From positions 1 to 64,000 of IMG/VR virus record IMGVR_UViG_3300033153_015063: a stretch of 64,000 bases of DNA; one strand, 5' to 3'. The notes beneath the pieces are model-generated. The model was not told the DNA's origin and did not search any database. It saw nothing but the letters and a program-made list of their open reading frames with translations. This document shows, one piece after another, positions 61,900-64,000 of the stretch. Positions within the stretch are counted from its first letter, which is position 1. Each line of letters starts with the position of its first letter. The position numbers and the translations under genes were made by a program.

Positions 61900-62241
61900 T
61901 CAGTACTCCAACCTAACAAATGAAGAGTGGGTAGATCCTCTCAGATATGTTATAAGTTTATTTTTATCGAAGTCTGGTGGGTACGACATCTCATCGAGAA
62001 ATAGTTCTAATCCATCAATACCGCTGATTATTTTACAGACCTCACCACACCAGTCATTGCTGTCGTAAACAATAACTTGTTCTGGATGCCTCTCGATGAA
62101 GGACCTCACATCTGTTTCAACGTCGTTACCACCAAGGTAGTGTCCGACTGCAACAGGAATGGAGTCGAGGGACGCAACTTTGTTGAGACTCAATGAAGTT
62201 TGTTTGACGGCAAATACATCGAGATAAGCGTCATAACCCAT
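61900..62241 (-). CDS. Hypothetical protein
   Basis: Operon member. Confidence 0.5.
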   Translation of the reverse strand: MGYDAYLDVFAVKQTSLSLNKVASLDSIPVAVGHYLGGNDVETDVRSFIERHPEQVIVYDSNDWCGEVCKIISGIDGLELFLDEMSYPPDFDKNKLITYLRGSTHSSFVRLEY

Positions 62242-62777
62242 CAGTGCCACGCACCACAGGAACACGGGCCCTCTCGCACATCACAACCATTTCCCAATCT
62301 GGTCAGGAACCCCCCTCCAAGTGCCAGACCGTCGATGGTGCCGGTTTTCCTGTCGGTTGCTTTCTTCACCAACTCTTGAAAGGTTGGTTTTTCACTCATA
62401 TCACTGGATCGCCTGTCTGTCTTTATAAAGATATCACTCTTCACTATCCTACTTGGTTGACGCCATGAACCATGAACCAATCCATTTAAATACAACACCA
62501 GGCATTGGAGTGTTGATGTTAAGCGGGTTTGTAATCAAACCACTCCTATCTCCACTGGTCGAAACGGTCTACGTCGGAGAGAATAGAATCTACAACATGG
62601 GAGAGACCACACACATCGAGGACGGAGAGGTTGTTGAGATAGCCAGAATGATTGATAACATTCTTCGGCACTCAGGTGACTTTGTTGCCCGGGAGGGGAA
62701 CCGATTGGTCCCTGTGCCAAAACGCTAAGTTTTTTAACACTCCATGCGTCTTTCCTGTTCAGGGACACCGGGCAGGT

Positions 62778-63185
62778 ATGGATTATAAAATCTTAACAGG
62801 AAACACCTTTTTTCATTGTAATAGATGCCTGGTGCCACTCCAGGGAATAGAATATTGGGTTGCTTTTCTGTTTGTCTATGGTGCTGACCACAACTTGGAC
62901 AAGGTCGACGAAAGATACTACTGCACAACCTGTCTCGATCTGTCGATGGACGCTGGGGATGGCTGTTCCTTTTGCCTCAAGTACGTGGATATGATGTTAG
63001 GTTGGTATTGGGAGTTACTTCTTTTCGAGAAGGAGAGTGATTGGTTGGATGAACCCAAAGAAAAGCGATACTCCTGCCATAGTTGTATGACCAACTTCGA
63101 CCAGAAGATAGAGGCTGGTCACGAACCGCAATCAGAAGAAAAAAATGGGTTTAGATTGAATGAGTTGTCTGGGTTCAGGCCCTGA
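62778..63185 (+). CDS. Cys-rich hypothetical protein
   Basis: Four CxxC pairs. Confidence 0.5.
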   Translation: MDYKILTGNTFFHCNRCLVPLQGIEYWVAFLFVYGADHNLDKVDERYYCTTCLDLSMDAGDGCSFCLKYVDMMLGWYWELLLFEKESDWLDEPKEKRYSCHSCMTNFDQKIEAGHEPQSEEKNGFRLNELSGFRP

Positions 63186-63380
63186 ACTGGTGGATCTTCT
63201 TTGGGGGCATCATCAACACCTCATAAACCATATCAGTGGGTTGATGCCCGGCCCTTTGTCCCTCTTCATCCATCCAGTCATAGTACTCTTTCAGTTCACT
63301 CTTCAGCACAAGGCCTGCCAGGACTCCGTTGCCCATTACTGCCATAGACATACTTACATCACCTACTACTCGCTTTGTAG

Positions 63381-63424
63381 CCGATTATATAATAGTTACT
63401 GCCCGTTAACAGTAAAAAGCGTAA
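63381..63424 (-). promoter_or_regulatory. Operator-class promoter 9 (variant)
   Basis: attatataata...cagtaaaaagcgtaa; AGGTGAT RBS and small ORF downstream. Confidence 0.65.
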
Positions 63425-63425
63425 T

Positions 63426-63980
63426 TTACTCGAATGAGTTTGCGACGTAGCCTGCCAGGGCACCCAGCAATCCAGCTACGATGGCTGCATTGATAGTCAC
63501 CTCGTAGATTAAAGGTGGCCAGTAGATGATTATCAATATTGGAAATATAACCGTAAAGGCCATGAGTGGCCTACCGACATCGACACCAAGTCGAACCATG
63601 AAGAATAGTAGAAAAACTCCGAAAACCAACGAAAGGAAAGCGACCTCTGTTCTTTCGACCTCGATTGGGGCGAGGTAGACAAACAGGAGTGCCAATGCAA
63701 TTGTGAAGATGAATGGATATACTTTCAGGTCTTTTCCCGGGCCCCCATCTTTTATTTTCAGTTGCTCGTAGTGAAAAAGAAGGAAACCACCTATCCCGAA
63801 GTACATACCAACTGAACCGCAGAACAACACCAGATTGCCCTCCATCCCCTGTGATACCCAGTACCAGAAAGGCAGCACGATGAACGTCGTCATGGTCCCA
63901 AGTCTCCATGGCCCACCCCACGTCTCAAGTGTGCCATAGACAACTACCGCCGCCAACATACCTATGACCACACACAGCAT
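63426..63980 (-). CDS. Multi-pass membrane protein (possibly 5'-partial)
   Basis: About 7 hydrophobic segments; frame open to window edge. Confidence 0.6.
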   Translation of the reverse strand: MLCVVIGMLAAVVVYGTLETWGGPWRLGTMTTFIVLPFWYWVSQGMEGNLVLFCGSVGMYFGIGGFLLFHYEQLKIKDGGPGKDLKVYPFIFTIALALLFVYLAPIEVERTEVAFLSLVFGVFLLFFMVRLGVDVGRPLMAFTVIFPILIIIYWPPLIYEVTINAAIVAGLLGALAGYVANSFE

Positions 63981-64000
63981 GTTGATTTGCCTGGTGAAGG

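Overview
A gene-dense, mostly minus-strand 64-kb segment that reads as a large archaeal mobile element (virus or megaplasmid; no capsid, terminase or polymerase gene in this window). Archaeal signals: TATA boxes about 30 nt upstream of many starts, AGGTGAT ribosome-binding sites, archaeal-type topA and pyrI. Recognisable genes: SF2 helicase, gyrB and gyrA (44 kb apart), topoisomerase IA, 5'-3' exonuclease, GHKL ATPase, DUF262 protein, Ku-like protein, seven N4/N6 DNA methyltransferase loci (one split by a GIY-YIG homing endonuclease, one truncated), a class II CCA-adding enzyme, a RelA/SpoT small alarmone synthetase, a stand-alone PEP-synthase N-domain and tRNA-Leu(UAA). Main findings: (1) a ~45-aa module (VEIPPGSGNRYRYEYEEGxTVYKGPVGxAPELxExEF) occurs 14 times, fused to unrelated cargo domains and usually copied with its own promoter; (2) a Cas12f-like type V effector has two of three RuvC catalytic residues changed to His, with a recognisable tracrRNA upstream and three dispersed CRISPR arrays of one repeat, and no cas1/cas2 in the window; (3) eight proteins, mostly methyltransferases, share a C-terminal V-[LM]-[DEN]-F-type tail resembling a clamp-binding PIP motif; (4) nine promoters share one upstream operator. 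All family assignments come from motif recognition by eye; no database searches were run.
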